Below are positions 20,320 to 30,917 of a DNA stretch of 64,000 nucleotides, in pieces. The notes beneath the pieces were generated by a model, which saw only the letters and a program-made list of their open reading frames with translations, was not told where the DNA came from and did no database searches. Each line of letters opens with the position of its first letter. Position 1 is the stretch's first letter. This stretch comes from a virus (taxonomy: Duplodnaviria; Heunggongvirae; Uroviricota; Caudoviricetes): IMG/VR virus record IMGVR_UViG_3300020714_000006; one strand, written 5' to 3'. The translations under genes and the position numbers were made by a program.

Positions 20320-20667
20320 ATGAAAATTTATGAATTAATAGAATCATCTGACATATACTATCATGGAACTGATGCAACTTTTTCAAAGTTCTCTCATGTT
20401 CCATCTGGACATATTGGTTTTTATTTTACTAAAAGTTTTGATGAGGCACAAAAGTATGCTAGATCACATACAGGTAGAGTTATAAAAGCTGTACTAACAA
20501 TGAATAATCCCGCTACACCTGAAGCTGTTGAACATGCAGTCAACCAGGCACATGGCGGGAATCCTAGAAAAATGATAAGGGAAATTTTACAAAAACAAGG
20601 GTTTGATAGTATAATAAGACCTGGTGAAGTAATAGTATTTGAACCAGAACAAATTCATATAATATAA
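20320..20667 (+). CDS. ADP-ribosyltransferase-like protein with MKIYELIE leader
   Basis: YYHGT, GFYFT, A..YA, terminal EVIVF. Confidence 0.7.
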   Translation: MKIYELIESSDIYYHGTDATFSKFSHVPSGHIGFYFTKSFDEAQKYARSHTGRVIKAVLTMNNPATPEAVEHAVNQAHGGNPRKMIREILQKQGFDSIIRPGEVIVFEPEQIHII

Positions 20668-20668
20668 C

Positions 20669-20872
20669 TTACGACCACTTTAATAAAAACCAATTCAGTT
20701 CACTCTCATTATTGAATTGGAATCTATTGTATCCATTTCTAGTGGTGTGCTTGAATGTATCAACACACCATTCATCCATATCGTTATACATACTACCAGA
20801 ATATGATACCGGTGTACTTTCTATATAATGACTATATACATACATATTTAATTCAGATCTTACAACTATCAT
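20669..20872 (-). CDS. Solitary WFxLRWS-family protein
   Basis: EWCVDTF...FQFNNESELNWFLLKWS. Confidence 0.75.
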   Translation of the reverse strand: MIVVRSELNMYVYSHYIESTPVSYSGSMYNDMDEWCVDTFKHTTRNGYNRFQFNNESELNWFLLKWS

Positions 20873-20939
20873 AATAACTCTATCAATTTTTCAATAATTT
20901 GATTGTATCACAATTAGTTAAATATCTCAAATTTCATAC

Positions 20940-22439
20940 TCAATCTACTATCCAATGCTTACCACTCTTACGTAACTTAATCTCTTTTGTAATAAACTTT
21001 GATAACTCAGCAGAATGATAAAAATCATTATCAGTGTATTGATTAACAAAATATCCTACTATAGCAGGTAACTCAGTAGTAGCAGTAAAATCACCATCTA
21101 TACCAATAGCAAACTTATTAATATCATCTATATCAAGCTCAGTTATTAACTTCAATATAGTATCACGCCATTCTACCGCTTGCTTATTATGCTCAATGTA
21201 ATTCATTCCATCCTTCTTAGCACGATCATAATCAATTTCATCATCATCAGTTACATAACCAAGATCATATAACCAATACCCACCATCTAACTTCTCCAAC
21301 TTAGCTACCTCAGGAACTATAAATTCCCTGTCAACAACTTCTGCTATATCCCTCAATAAATACCTTATCTCAGATTCACTCGTATACTTAATATAATTGT
21401 TGTTCTTATCAACTGCTCCAATAGTCATACTATCCTTATCAGGATTGTCATTGTATACTTGCGGATTTAACTTGAATAATCCATTCAACTTCCTAGAAGC
21501 ATTTACACTATCTGCCCAATCTACTACCTGCTTACTAAAACCAACCGGTGCATCAGATGGATATACCGAGTTCTGTACTCCTAATGCTATAGAACCATCA
21601 TCAGCATTTACAAATGGCTTAATCAATATCCTAGCATACGGATCTTCTATCTTTAAATCATCCGCTCTTATTAAATACGCAACAACAGAACCCTCGGCTA
21701 TCTCTATAGGAATATATTCACGAAATCCCCCAGTGTCAATGTTCATACAACTTGCCCACCTACGATCAGTACTCATACTTCCAATATCATCAGGATGCCT
21801 AGAGATTACTACCATTAACTTTTTACGATACTTCGGATTAACCGCACTAGCCCTCACAGGATCATTCGTGAACTTCTTTAATAAACTAGCATCTACTATA
21901 CCATCAGCAATGCCATTACTTAATAACTTCCCAATAGAACCAGTTACATCAGCTCCTCGAAAAAAATTACCAGTCATGTACGATGCACGTGTATATGGAT
22001 TCATTACACACCCAGACCGACTCAATGCATTCAATATATCATCTTCATGCTCTACCGTGTTGTTTGCAACATCTTCTCGCCACTTGGTGATGATGTCTTC
22101 TTCATTCCTAAATGCAACTTCTATCGGTACCTTCTTATACTCTCTTCGAAATGCCTTACCTTCTAAATACCCAACTCTATTAGTGTTCCAACCAATACCA
22201 CCATTTATATTCCCAATCTTCCATAACGCATCTTCAACAACTTCCTGATACTTCGATTTAACTTCAGCTGCCTCTGGTAACTCACCATTGTATTCAATGT
22301 ATATACGATATCGATTTCCAAAAACTCCAGCCCAACGATGTCGATCATAATTTAAATTCTTTAATTCACTATATAATCTACGCTTCTGATCTTTCGTCAA
22401 TCCCTCTTCTAATCTACTAAATATCTCTCGTAATTTCAT
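20940..22439 (-). CDS. Late hypothetical protein with MKLREIF leader
   Basis: Minus-strand ATAAATA at 22445-22451; SRHPDDI..RWASCM..PYARILIKPF segment. Confidence 0.7.
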   Translation of the reverse strand: MKLREIFSRLEEGLTKDQKRRLYSELKNLNYDRHRWAGVFGNRYRIYIEYNGELPEAAEVKSKYQEVVEDALWKIGNINGGIGWNTNRVGYLEGKAFRREYKKVPIEVAFRNEEDIITKWREDVANNTVEHEDDILNALSRSGCVMNPYTRASYMTGNFFRGADVTGSIGKLLSNGIADGIVDASLLKKFTNDPVRASAVNPKYRKKLMVVISRHPDDIGSMSTDRRWASCMNIDTGGFREYIPIEIAEGSVVAYLIRADDLKIEDPYARILIKPFVNADDGSIALGVQNSVYPSDAPVGFSKQVVDWADSVNASRKLNGLFKLNPQVYNDNPDKDSMTIGAVDKNNNYIKYTSESEIRYLLRDIAEVVDREFIVPEVAKLEKLDGGYWLYDLGYVTDDDEIDYDRAKKDGMNYIEHNKQAVEWRDTILKLITELDIDDINKFAIGIDGDFTATTELPAIVGYFVNQYTDNDFYHSAELSKFITKEIKLRKSGKHWIVD

Positions 22440-22628
22440 ATTACTATTTATCCATACATCAATTTCAAACACCTTGAAAAAATTTTTCCCCCGCGAAAAT
22501 TTTGAAAACGAATTCTATTTTATACAAAAGGTTTTAACATACCATTTTTTCATCCTCAGAGGAAAAATTTTTCCGCCGGATTTTTTATAAGGTACTTAAC
22601 GATTTAGGGGACTTGCTTTTTAGAAAAG

Positions 22629-22696
22629 ATAAATATGAATGTAGCTCGCGGATTGCCGTCCCAACTACTTTAATACTTTAGAGGAGTATCAACATG
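22629..22696 (+). promoter_or_regulatory. Endonuclease leader motif, copy 1 (late promoter plus two hairpins)
   Basis: ATAAATA; GTAGCT-CGC-GGA(N6)TCC-C-AACTAC; ATACT(TTAGAGG)AGTAT; ATG. Confidence 0.65.
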
Positions 22697-22998
22697 AATA
22701 TTTATCAAACTACAACTAAGCATTGTCCAAAATGCAATACTACTAAACCTACAACAGAATTCTATAAAAATAATAACAAAAAAGATGGATATAAGGTTCA
22801 GTGTAAACAATGTAACCATACCTACCAATAGCATTTGCAACTACCGAAGAAGAAATAATGTTGATAAATCATTATACCAACCTTAGACCACTGTGGGCAA
22901 AAGATAATATCGTTAAAGGCGATAAACTAACAGAAGATGTATTACAACATCCTATATATAAATCTATACTCAATGCACGGTCTACCAAAATTTTCTAA
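22694..22998 (+). pseudogene. HNH/EndoVII-like endonuclease with internal deletion and frameshift
   Basis: CPKC..CKQC finger joined out of frame to LPIAFA..NHYTNLRPLWAKDN. Confidence 0.75.
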
Positions 22999-22999
22999 A

Positions 23000-23520
23000 T
23001 TCAACGAAAAAAAAATTTTCCAGGAATTTTTCAAAACCGTTTTCTAATACTACCAACATTCTTTTAAGGGGTGGGGGGCAAAAAGGTCTACCAAGATTTT
23101 TCACTAGGCGCGTAAAAAATTAGGGGGAGTTACTTACCGGCGAATGGGGCTGTTTTTCTACATATAAGGCTCTTTTTAAAAGAGTTCTTTTAGAGTAGAA
23201 ATTAAAATAGAAATAAATTGAAAAGAAAATGAATTCAAAATCAAGAAGTTTTTCACGCGCTCGATGAAAAAAATAAGTAAGTTCTTATTTACATGATCAC
23301 CCCCCCCTCGATAAGTAAGAACTTACTTAAAAAAATAAGTAAAAAAATATTTAAAAAAATAAGTTACGCATTACGATAAAAAAATAATGAATAACTTATT
23401 TACCACGCTCCCCCCCTCTGAAAATAAGGAACTACTTACCGAGGATTGTAAGTAGCTCCTGATTGGATTAGTTAAGGAAGTGCTGAACAGCATACACTGC
23501 TGTCGTCAACACTGCTATAA
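23000..23520. repeat. A-tract and G/C-tract region with TAAGTAAG/CTTACTTA repeats
   Basis: AAAAAATAAGT x3, CCCCCCTC x2, TAAGTAAG-AA-CTTACTTA hairpin; no ORF. Confidence 0.6.
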
Positions 23521-24118
23521 CCAAAAGACCGCCCGCGATTAAGGCAGTCATTACTACATCATCCCTTAGAATGTCCCACGCTATTGATAAGTAGTTCATT
23601 ACTTTCATATAGTAACCTCCCCCTTATCGCTCATCTTGATAACATCAAGCACTCGAATACCATCGAGTCTTAAGTCACTCATTAATTCCCCATAATCGGC
23701 TTGGGATACTTCGTAATAACCCTCGTCTTCTGTAATCACAATATAATACATTTAAAGCTCCTGTAATGCCCGTTAAGGCTTGATAATGGTCTAGGCTATA
23801 CAATCGCATAGCCTAGAGTGTAAAAGTGTCGCTATGAGCCTTGTAAGCCCATAGACATAAACAATGGACAATTAGCTTGTAATATATTAGGCATTGCATC
23901 TAATATAAACCTAGTTTTAAAGATACCGTTCGATAGCTGAATGCTACCATTAAATAAAGGCACTAAGCCTTGATATGTGTCTATAGCGGTATCACTATAG
24001 ACTGAAATAGCGTTAAATGAATCTGCTTGTACTACGCTTAAAATTGCCATTGTCTTAATCTCTCTCTTTTCAGGTTTATAAAAGATAGGCTTACATTATG
24101 TAAGCCTATCAAGGTTGA

Positions 24119-24655
24119 TTAGATTGTTTGTTTATTCGCGGTTAAGTTAATAACATTATCTAATTTTACTATTCTAACAAAGTCATCATGCTCGACTTGA
24201 TTAGTTACATTAAATACCGTTCCACTTGTATCTAGTAAATCTCTAGCACCGCTAGGCGTCATTAATACTGCGATTGCCTCGCGATTTGATAACTTACCAT
24301 TTAATGTAAATTCTACACTAGAACAATCGTTCCAATGTAGTGCAAGGTAATAATCATCTTTAGTATTATGTTTAGCTAAGCTATAACATTCATCGGTATG
24401 ATGCCAAAATGTTTTACCTTTTACCCATTCACCTGTAAATTCATCTGTTTTAATCGTTCTTAACACTCGATTTACATACGGGTCTGTATTATCTCGCAAG
24501 TTATTAAATAACATAATGCTACCCGTTGAGCGTTTCATTGCTATATTGGCTTTACGATTACCCGCAGATAATTCTACTGGCGTTAATATCTCAACATTGC
24601 CAATAGTAGCACCGCGAGTATTTGCTAATAAATCTATTAAATCTTGTTTATTCAT
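24119..24655 (-). CDS. Early hypothetical protein
   Basis: 178-aa ORF. Confidence 0.7.
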   Translation of the reverse strand: MNKQDLIDLLANTRGATIGNVEILTPVELSAGNRKANIAMKRSTGSIMLFNNLRDNTDPYVNRVLRTIKTDEFTGEWVKGKTFWHHTDECYSLAKHNTKDDYYLALHWNDCSSVEFTLNGKLSNREAIAVLMTPSGARDLLDTSGTVFNVTNQVEHDDFVRIVKLDNVINLTANKQTI

Positions 24656-25361
24656 TTTATAATCTCAATTAAGGTTAATAAGGTTTATTTGATATAGCCC
24701 ACTCAAGGTAATGAATAACCCCATAGGCGATAATCCCGAATTGTTAAAGAGCAGATAAAACATAAAACATAACTTAGGATTCACACTATACAGCAATAAA
24801 ATTTTATTGCAAGATTTATTTTCACTTGATTAAAACCTTACAAAATATCAGGTAATAAAACCTTACAATTTAGTAGGTAATTGCATTCAAAATATAGTCA
24901 TAAATCACTTATTACCCGAAAACCAAAAAATGCTCACTACGGCACGATAAAAAAAAAAGTAATACCAGAATAAGGCTTAAATCATTATCGAGCCACCACG
25001 GCAAAAAACGCATTTTTCAGATTACATTCACTTATAACTTATTATGACATGCTGGATTAAAATTTTTCTTGACTTGATATCAAGTTTATGTTAGCACTTG
25101 CCTAGCAAAAATTTCTATTGACTTGCCAGTAAATCTATGCTAGGACATAATTCCCCTACTAAGTAGTTGGTTATTATTCTGGTAAGCACTGACTTAACTA
25201 GGTAAGTAGTTACTGAACTGCTTCAGTTGTTACTTACTCGTGGCTGCGACTTCTGTGTGTTAGTCAGTGCTTCCTTATCATTGGCTGCGATACCCTGATT
25301 CAGTCAGTGCTTACTGAACTGCACCGGCAAAATAAAAGCCGGCATTGCCGGCTTTCGGTGT

Positions 25362-25706
25362 TTACTTCCCGACTAGGCGGGACACTGATACAATGTGTCC
25401 CTTATCGTTCCGCTGGGCGGTCGTTCCCGTGTCAGGGGCGAAACATTGTCCCGCTAGTGCGTGGTCGGCTGGTATGGCATCTAATACCATACTAGATACT
25501 AAGAGCGTGGCATCAGGGGCAAATACTCCGCCAAAGTCCACCGCTCCCGCTTTGCGGGTAATCACGGGGAAGCCGTGGCGAGTACCAGCTATAACTTCCT
25601 CAACCGTAACACGGGCAAGAAACCCGCTGGGTTGAACGGTAATGGCATCAATGCCATCAGCATTGATAGTGATAGCGTGCGGTGTAAGATTGATAAACTG
25701 TGTCAT
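25362..25706 (-). CDS. GC-rich early hypothetical protein (FINLTPH..PSG..ARV)
   Basis: GGAGC RBS before ATG 25706; terminator AAGCCGGC..GCCGGCTT downstream. Confidence 0.75.
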   Translation of the reverse strand: MTQFINLTPHAITINADGIDAITVQPSGFLARVTVEEVIAGTRHGFPVITRKAGAVDFGGVFAPDATLLVSSMVLDAIPADHALAGQCFAPDTGTTAQRNDKGHIVSVSRLVGK

Positions 25707-26319
25707 GGTGTTGCTCCTGCCCGTGGGCGTAGGTGGTAGCAAGACAGCCTTGCTACCTGAGATTAGTATTATACATGGGTGGGTTGCCCGTGTATACGTG
25801 TTATGCTAGCGGGCAATATTGCACAGCTAGCATATATGATTATGCTACTATCACAGCTAGCATTAATCGAATAACCAAGGCATACCTTGGTCGTCGTATA
25901 TAAAGTCTTCCCCAGTGTCGCGTGGTGCAGGTGCATCTGAGCCAACGTATAAATCCAATGAATTTATATCCATTTTTTCTCCTAGTCCGTAGACCGTTGA
26001 AGTGATTAAAATTGTTAAAGAGCGTGTAGTAAACTGCGACTACGGGATATATTCTACCAGCTCCAGCATGGATGTCAACACCTTTTGCAAAATAAATTTA
26101 AAGCTAATTTCAGCCCCGCCACGGCACGATTATGGTTAAACAATACCAGAGTAGCACTTACCAGCTAAACGACCAACCACGGGCATTTTTGCCCACTTCC
26201 TGCCAGTACCACTGGCATTACCACGGGCATTATCACTTATGGGATTGTATACCTTGATTCAGTCAGTGCTTACTGAACTTCACAGATATAAAAAGGCTGG
26301 ACAATGCCAGCCTTTTGTG

Positions 26320-26502
26320 TTAGAATTCAAAGTCCTCGAATTCCATGTCTTCTAAGTTGGTTACTAATCCGTCAAAGTCTTCACTCGATCCTAGGATGGA
26401 AGCCATGGTGTAAACTGTTTGTTTATCCACTCCATAGTCTTCTGCTAGACAGTTAAGATAATCTGTTCTATTTTCGTAGCCTTTGTCGGTATAGATGCTC
26501 AT
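26320..26502 (-). CDS. Small acidic early protein
   Basis: GGAG RBS; terminator AAGGCTGG..CCAGCCTT. Confidence 0.7.
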   Translation of the reverse strand: MSIYTDKGYENRTDYLNCLAEDYGVDKQTVYTMASILGSSEDFDGLVTNLEDMEFEDFEF

Positions 26503-26915
26503 GATTTAATCTCCGTTTGGGATAATGGTTGAGGGGAAATCCCTCAACCTTGTGATTATTATACAGGGTTTTTTAAATACCGCAAGCTTTTAGAAACTTT
26601 TCTTTGTCAAAGCGTGGATTGGCTTGTTTTGCCATTCTAGCAAAATCCTCGGCTGATTGTTTACGCACAGATAGGTCTTGATTGGCTTTAATAATGTTTG
26701 CCATTTGAATAAAATGTTTCTTTGAAGGCATTTGTAGCTCCTACATAGTGTGTTTAATGAGTGTATAGTATAACGGTCGGGCGCGTGGCTGTCAAGCGTT
26801 ATACACAGCTAGCATTATTGCTTTATCAGGTGTAACACTAGCATAAACCCGCTTGTTGTTCCTAGCACCATAGCACTAGCCATGATACCATCTAATATGT
26901 TGTGATATGTGTTCA

Positions 26916-27092
26916 TTAGTTTAGCTCCTCTAAATATTGAGCTTGTTCTTGCTCATCCAGAATTGCAGTCACTTCATAATGACTGGTTGATGGGTATTCG
27001 TATTCGGCACGTTCTTTGTTGTGTGCGAATACTTCCATTACTGCATCTTGGTCGCACATATTGTCGTTGAAGTGAACATAAAATTTAGCCAT
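26916..27092 (-). CDS. Small early protein (58 aa; not in the ORF track)
   Basis: Promoter module plus GGAG RBS; MAKFYVHFND... Confidence 0.65.
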   Translation of the reverse strand: MAKFYVHFNDNMCDQDAVMEVFAHNKERAEYEYPSTSHYEVTAILDEQEQAQYLEELN

Positions 27093-27159
27093 TTTGTTCT
27101 CCTTTCGGGTTTTGTTGTTGATGTGGCTATTATATACTAATAGCCACGATTGTCAACTT

Positions 27160-27384
27160 TTATTTTAAAGATAGTTCAAGATTTTCTGCTATCTCTGGGC
27201 GGTTAAATATCAACCACTTAGCAAACTTCATTGTTTGTGCGGAACGGGCAAACGAATGTGGAAACGCTCGACTAGGCTCTCTAATGTTGGTAAAATATTC
27301 TTGTACTTCCTCACATGGATACCATCGGTTAGCGTTATCGGTGTTGCCAATTCTTCTTAACTCTCTCCAAGATAATGTTTTCAT
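27160..27384 (-). CDS. Early hypothetical protein
   Basis: ORF with GGAG RBS. Confidence 0.65.
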   Translation of the reverse strand: MKTLSWRELRRIGNTDNANRWYPCEEVQEYFTNIREPSRAFPHSFARSAQTMKFAKWLIFNRPEIAENLELSLK

Positions 27385-27484
27385 TACTATTCTCCTACTA
27401 TTATATAAGTGTTATAAAGATATGTTACAGCATTACTTAAAATAATGCCAATACAAATTATATCGACAAACCATTGACTAAATA

Positions 27485-27742
27485 CTAGCATAATTCATTA
27501 TCCTCTCTAGTGTCAAATTCTTCGCCTACACCACGAACAAAGTGATCCCTATGCAATACCTCAGTTATGCGATTAAAGTCAGCCATAGGCAATTTTAACG
27601 TGCCTAATAACTCCTCTCTAATGTCGTTGAGTATATGATGAATAGATAGTTTATTATCTTGGTAATCATAAAATACTTCTAAGCCCCCAATGACTTTGTG
27701 GAAATCACTGGTTAAGTATCTGCCTGTATTGTTTTCGTTCAT
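27485..27742 (-). CDS. Early hypothetical protein
   Basis: Promoter module upstream. Confidence 0.65.
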   Translation of the reverse strand: MNENNTGRYLTSDFHKVIGGLEVFYDYQDNKLSIHHILNDIREELLGTLKLPMADFNRITEVLHRDHFVRGVGEEFDTREDNELC

Positions 27743-27994
27743 TTTGTTCTCCTTTCGGGTTTTGTTGTTGATGTGGCTATTATATACTAATAGCCACTAT
27801 TGTCAAATATTAATCTATGAAAAAATCATAGTCTTTATCAAATTCTTCCTCTGCCCAAGGTGCGTTGAAGTCTTCTTCATACGCTTCGTACTCTTCATAC
27901 TCTTCAAAACCTAATACTTCTTCAATCATTGCTTTTACTCCTTTCGTTGATGTTGGGATTATTATAGGGGCTTCCTTGCCCCTTGTCAATACCT

Positions 27995-28219
27995 TTATGC
28001 AAATAAATTTTCGTCATATCTCACGAGATATCCTCTCGTGCCGTTCATTGCTTTGAATACCATTGTATCCCCTACGATACATTCGTATCCACTATCTTTT
28101 TTGGTTACAGTCAAACCAGCTTGTCTTAGCTGTTTGATTGTTTGTTGTGTAACTGATTTAGTCCAAACTCTTGAAGTATATTTTATCATTTTATGATGCT
28201 CCGTGATGGTTAGAGCCAA
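27995..28219 (-). CDS. Early hypothetical protein (start probably 28192)
   Basis: GGAG RBS, promoter module. Confidence 0.6.
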   Translation of the reverse strand: MALTITEHHKMIKYTSRVWTKSVTQQTIKQLRQAGLTVTKKDSGYECIVGDTMVFKAMNGTRGYLVRYDENLFA

Positions 28220-28272
28220 TCTCTAACCTTGTGACTATTATACAGGACAATAGCCACTTGTCAAATTTTATT

Positions 28273-28485
28273 TTAATCTAAAATTGAATCTGCGAATACA
28301 TTTATTTTCTTGCCTTTGTAGCTTATATTGGCTGTACCATGATTACCAAAAGAGCTGTAATAATTTACTTTTCTGGTAATATCCTGGCCTTTTTTATTTT
28401 TCAAAGTTATTGTATCTTTAACACCATTAGTGTAATTGATCCAGCGTGATCCATTGTTGTTAAGATATAAAGTGCCTGTATACAT
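28273..28485 (-). CDS. Early hypothetical protein
   Basis: GGAGC RBS, hairpin promoter at 28510. Confidence 0.65.
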   Translation of the reverse strand: MYTGTLYLNNNGSRWINYTNGVKDTITLKNKKGQDITRKVNYYSSFGNHGTANISYKGKKINVFADSILD

Positions 28486-28552
28486 TGTTTTGCTCCATTG
28501 CTGTTTAGTGAGTGGATAGTATAGACTATCCACTCTAGCATGTCAAATCTTT

Positions 28553-28759
28553 TTAATCATTTTCTATTACAATGGCATTTGTTTGCCATTCATAGCACAC
28601 ATAATATCTTTTACCTTGCCATTTAACTAATCCTGTGGTATCAGTACCAGCTAATACTTGTAATCCCTTAGGGGCGCGTGTCCATTGAAAATGGTGTTTA
28701 TTCAATCCTGATGAGAATTGGTACAAGTCAAATAAGATATTACCTAGTAATTGGTTCAT
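28553..28759 (-). CDS. Early hypothetical protein
   Basis: Follows 28763..28951. Confidence 0.6.
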   Translation of the reverse strand: MNQLLGNILFDLYQFSSGLNKHHFQWTRAPKGLQVLAGTDTTGLVKWQGKRYYVCYEWQTNAIVIEND

Positions 28760-28762
28760 TGC

Positions 28763-28951
28763 TTATGCCTCCATTAAATTATCAAGTTTAATGCTTTCAG
28801 GACTATCAGCATAGGCAAGTTTTCTAGCAACATCTAATAATAACATTGCTTCATCTCTATGCAAGTTATGATACTCAGCAAACTTGTCAATGCTTATGAA
28901 ATTGTTTACCCAGTCAAAGTACATCTCAACTAATCGTTCTCTAGTGTTCAT
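28763..28951 (-). CDS. Early hypothetical protein
   Basis: ACGGAGC RBS. Confidence 0.65.
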   Translation of the reverse strand: MNTRERLVEMYFDWVNNFISIDKFAEYHNLHRDEAMLLLDVARKLAYADSPESIKLDNLMEA

Positions 28952-29033
28952 CTGAATTGCTCCGTTCTTATTGAATGAGCGTACAGTATACTATACGCTC
29001 GTGTGGTGTGTCAAGCGTTATACACAGCTAGCA

Positions 29034-29228
29034 TTAAGCATCCTGCATCACAATGGTGTAGCCGTTCTTAGTCGCTTTGCCGTGCAGTTGTATTTGTGTT
29101 TGTAGCATCATTGCATCGGCTGTTTGTTTTACAGTCAAACCACCTCCGCATACTTTAACACATATATTAGGCAATATGCTGTTATCATACTTTGTCACTT
29201 GGTTTGCTTTGTTTGTTACTGTAATCAT
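29034..29228 (-). CDS. Early hypothetical protein
   Basis: ACGGAGC RBS, hairpin promoter. Confidence 0.65.
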   Translation of the reverse strand: MITVTNKANQVTKYDNSILPNICVKVCGGGLTVKQTADAMMLQTQIQLHGKATKNGYTIVMQDA

Positions 29229-29292
29229 CTGGTTTGCTCCGTTTTGTTATTGAAGCGTATATGATACAGCTAGCATATACGCTTGTCAACTA

Positions 29293-29532
29293 TTATTTTA
29301 AACTTTTTACAATTCGTTCTTCTAGTTCAGGTAGCATACCTTCACACACCTGTAATACAATGCCTCCGCCATATTGTTTGTTATGAAATTTACGACCGCC
29401 TAACTTGTTACCACGTTTGATTGCCACTTCATAACTTGCCTTTTCATCTTCTTTGATGAAGTTCAAGAAGTGACATACATGACGAGAATTGCCATTGATG
29501 TCTGCGGATACTCTAGTGAATTCGATTGCCAT
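29293..29532 (-). CDS. Early hypothetical protein
   Basis: Promoter module. Confidence 0.65.
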   Translation of the reverse strand: MAIEFTRVSADINGNSRHVCHFLNFIKEDEKASYEVAIKRGNKLGGRKFHNKQYGGGIVLQVCEGMLPELEERIVKSLK

Positions 29533-29595
29533 TTTGTTTGCTCCGTTTTGTTGTTGATGTGGCTATTATACAGAACAATAGCCACTTGTCAATAA

Positions 29596-29844
29596 TTATT
29601 TGTATTCTAAATCGTAATTAACTAATATCCATTCCGATGTTGGATATTCCAAGTAATCTTTTAATTCTTGCTCGTTTTCAGCATAGTAAAAGATATTATT
29701 ATCTGGTATGCCATAATTGTCAAGTTCATTTTCTTCATCATTTTGACCAAATGATACATAACCAGTATAATGTACTCGTTCTGCTTCTGGATGGAATGTT
29801 TCATCCCCCCAATAATACTCGATTGTTGCCCCGATTGCTTTCAT
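29596..29844 (-). CDS. Acidic early hypothetical protein
   Basis: Promoter module. Confidence 0.65.
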   Translation of the reverse strand: MKAIGATIEYYWGDETFHPEAERVHYTGYVSFGQNDEENELDNYGIPDNNIFYYAENEQELKDYLEYPTSEWILVNYDLEYK

Positions 29845-29907
29845 GTTTGTTACTCCGTTTTGTTGTTGATGTGGCTATTATACAGGACAATAGCCACTTG
29901 TCAACAT

Positions 29908-30177
29908 CTATTTTTTCCAGATATGTTTTATCTGCCATTTCTCGACTATTGGCTTGCCATCCCAATCTTCGCCAATGGCAACATAGGCAACAGTTTTCTT
30001 GACATTAGCAAATCGAACACTACCATCACATACTGCGATCTCATGAGCAAAGCCATTGCGAATTCCCCAATCACCTTGTCTTGGGGCATCACCTGTGCTT
30101 ATTCTGTATTCAAATCTGGTTTTGAATTCTGGGATAATGAATTCACCGATTGCATCTAATGATTGAAAGTATGACAT
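29908..30177 (-). CDS. Early hypothetical protein
   Basis: GGAGC RBS before ATG 30177. Confidence 0.65.
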   Translation of the reverse strand: MSYFQSLDAIGEFIIPEFKTRFEYRISTGDAPRQGDWGIRNGFAHEIAVCDGSVRFANVKKTVAYVAIGEDWDGKPIVEKWQIKHIWKK

Positions 30178-30393
30178 TTTGTTGCTCCATTGTGGGTTGA
30201 ATAAGGATATATTATAAACCTTATTCAACCACTGTCAACAATTATTTTTTTATCTTATAACATTCAGCAACACGCAATTCTTTACGCTTACCAGCATCAG
30301 TCGATTCAAATAAGGCCATATCACATGATTGTTTATCAGTATAATAGGTCGATTGTACTTGACCATTATAAAAGATCAATAATAAAAGATAAC

Positions 30394-30555
30394 TCATTGC
30401 TCGACTTCCTCAATATCAAAGTCTAAAATATCTTCACCTGTATTATTATCTAAACCACACCAAATGGCTTCTGTTACCCAATTTCTAAGATTGCCCATTC
30501 TATCATCACATTTAACAGTGATGGTCATTGTATATGTTTTTAGTTCTTCGTTCAT
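30394..30555 (-). CDS. Early hypothetical protein
   Basis: GGAGC RBS before ATG 30555. Confidence 0.6.
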   Translation of the reverse strand: MNEELKTYTMTITVKCDDRMGNLRNWVTEAIWCGLDNNTGEDILDFDIEEVEQ

Positions 30556-30636
30556 GTTATTTGCTCCGGTTGTTAGTATGTGTGTATCATAACACGCGCG
30601 TATAGGCGTGTCAATCAATATGTACAGCTAGCACTC

Positions 30637-30819
30637 TTACTTCTTTTTAAGTATTATCAATAATAATACTATAACAAAAATGGCTTGTCCACCAATGCCT
30701 TGTCCCAATAACACTACACCAAGTAATGCCAAGAACAGTATAATTATGAATTCAATAGCGAATGATATGAAGAAAACTATACCTGCTATTATTAGTATCC
30801 AAAATAGTATTACTGCCAT
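30637..30819 (-). CDS. Small membrane protein
   Basis: Two long hydrophobic stretches and a KKK tail. Confidence 0.65.
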   Translation of the reverse strand: MAVILFWILIIAGIVFFISFAIEFIIILFLALLGVVLLGQGIGGQAIFVIVLLLIILKKK

Positions 30820-30917
30820 GTTATATACTCCTATATGTGTGCTATGCGGGCTATGGTAATATGTACAGCTAGCATTGTTATAATATGGGGCTAGTATAAC
30901 CTAGCCCCAATTGTATG

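Noticed and set aside
21397-22248. 283-aa + strand ORF and similar antisense ORFs (for example 313, 2457, 6502, 11509, 29637, 33276, 52851, 54166)
   Set aside because: These are shadows of well-supported genes on the opposite strand, with no motifs or SD.
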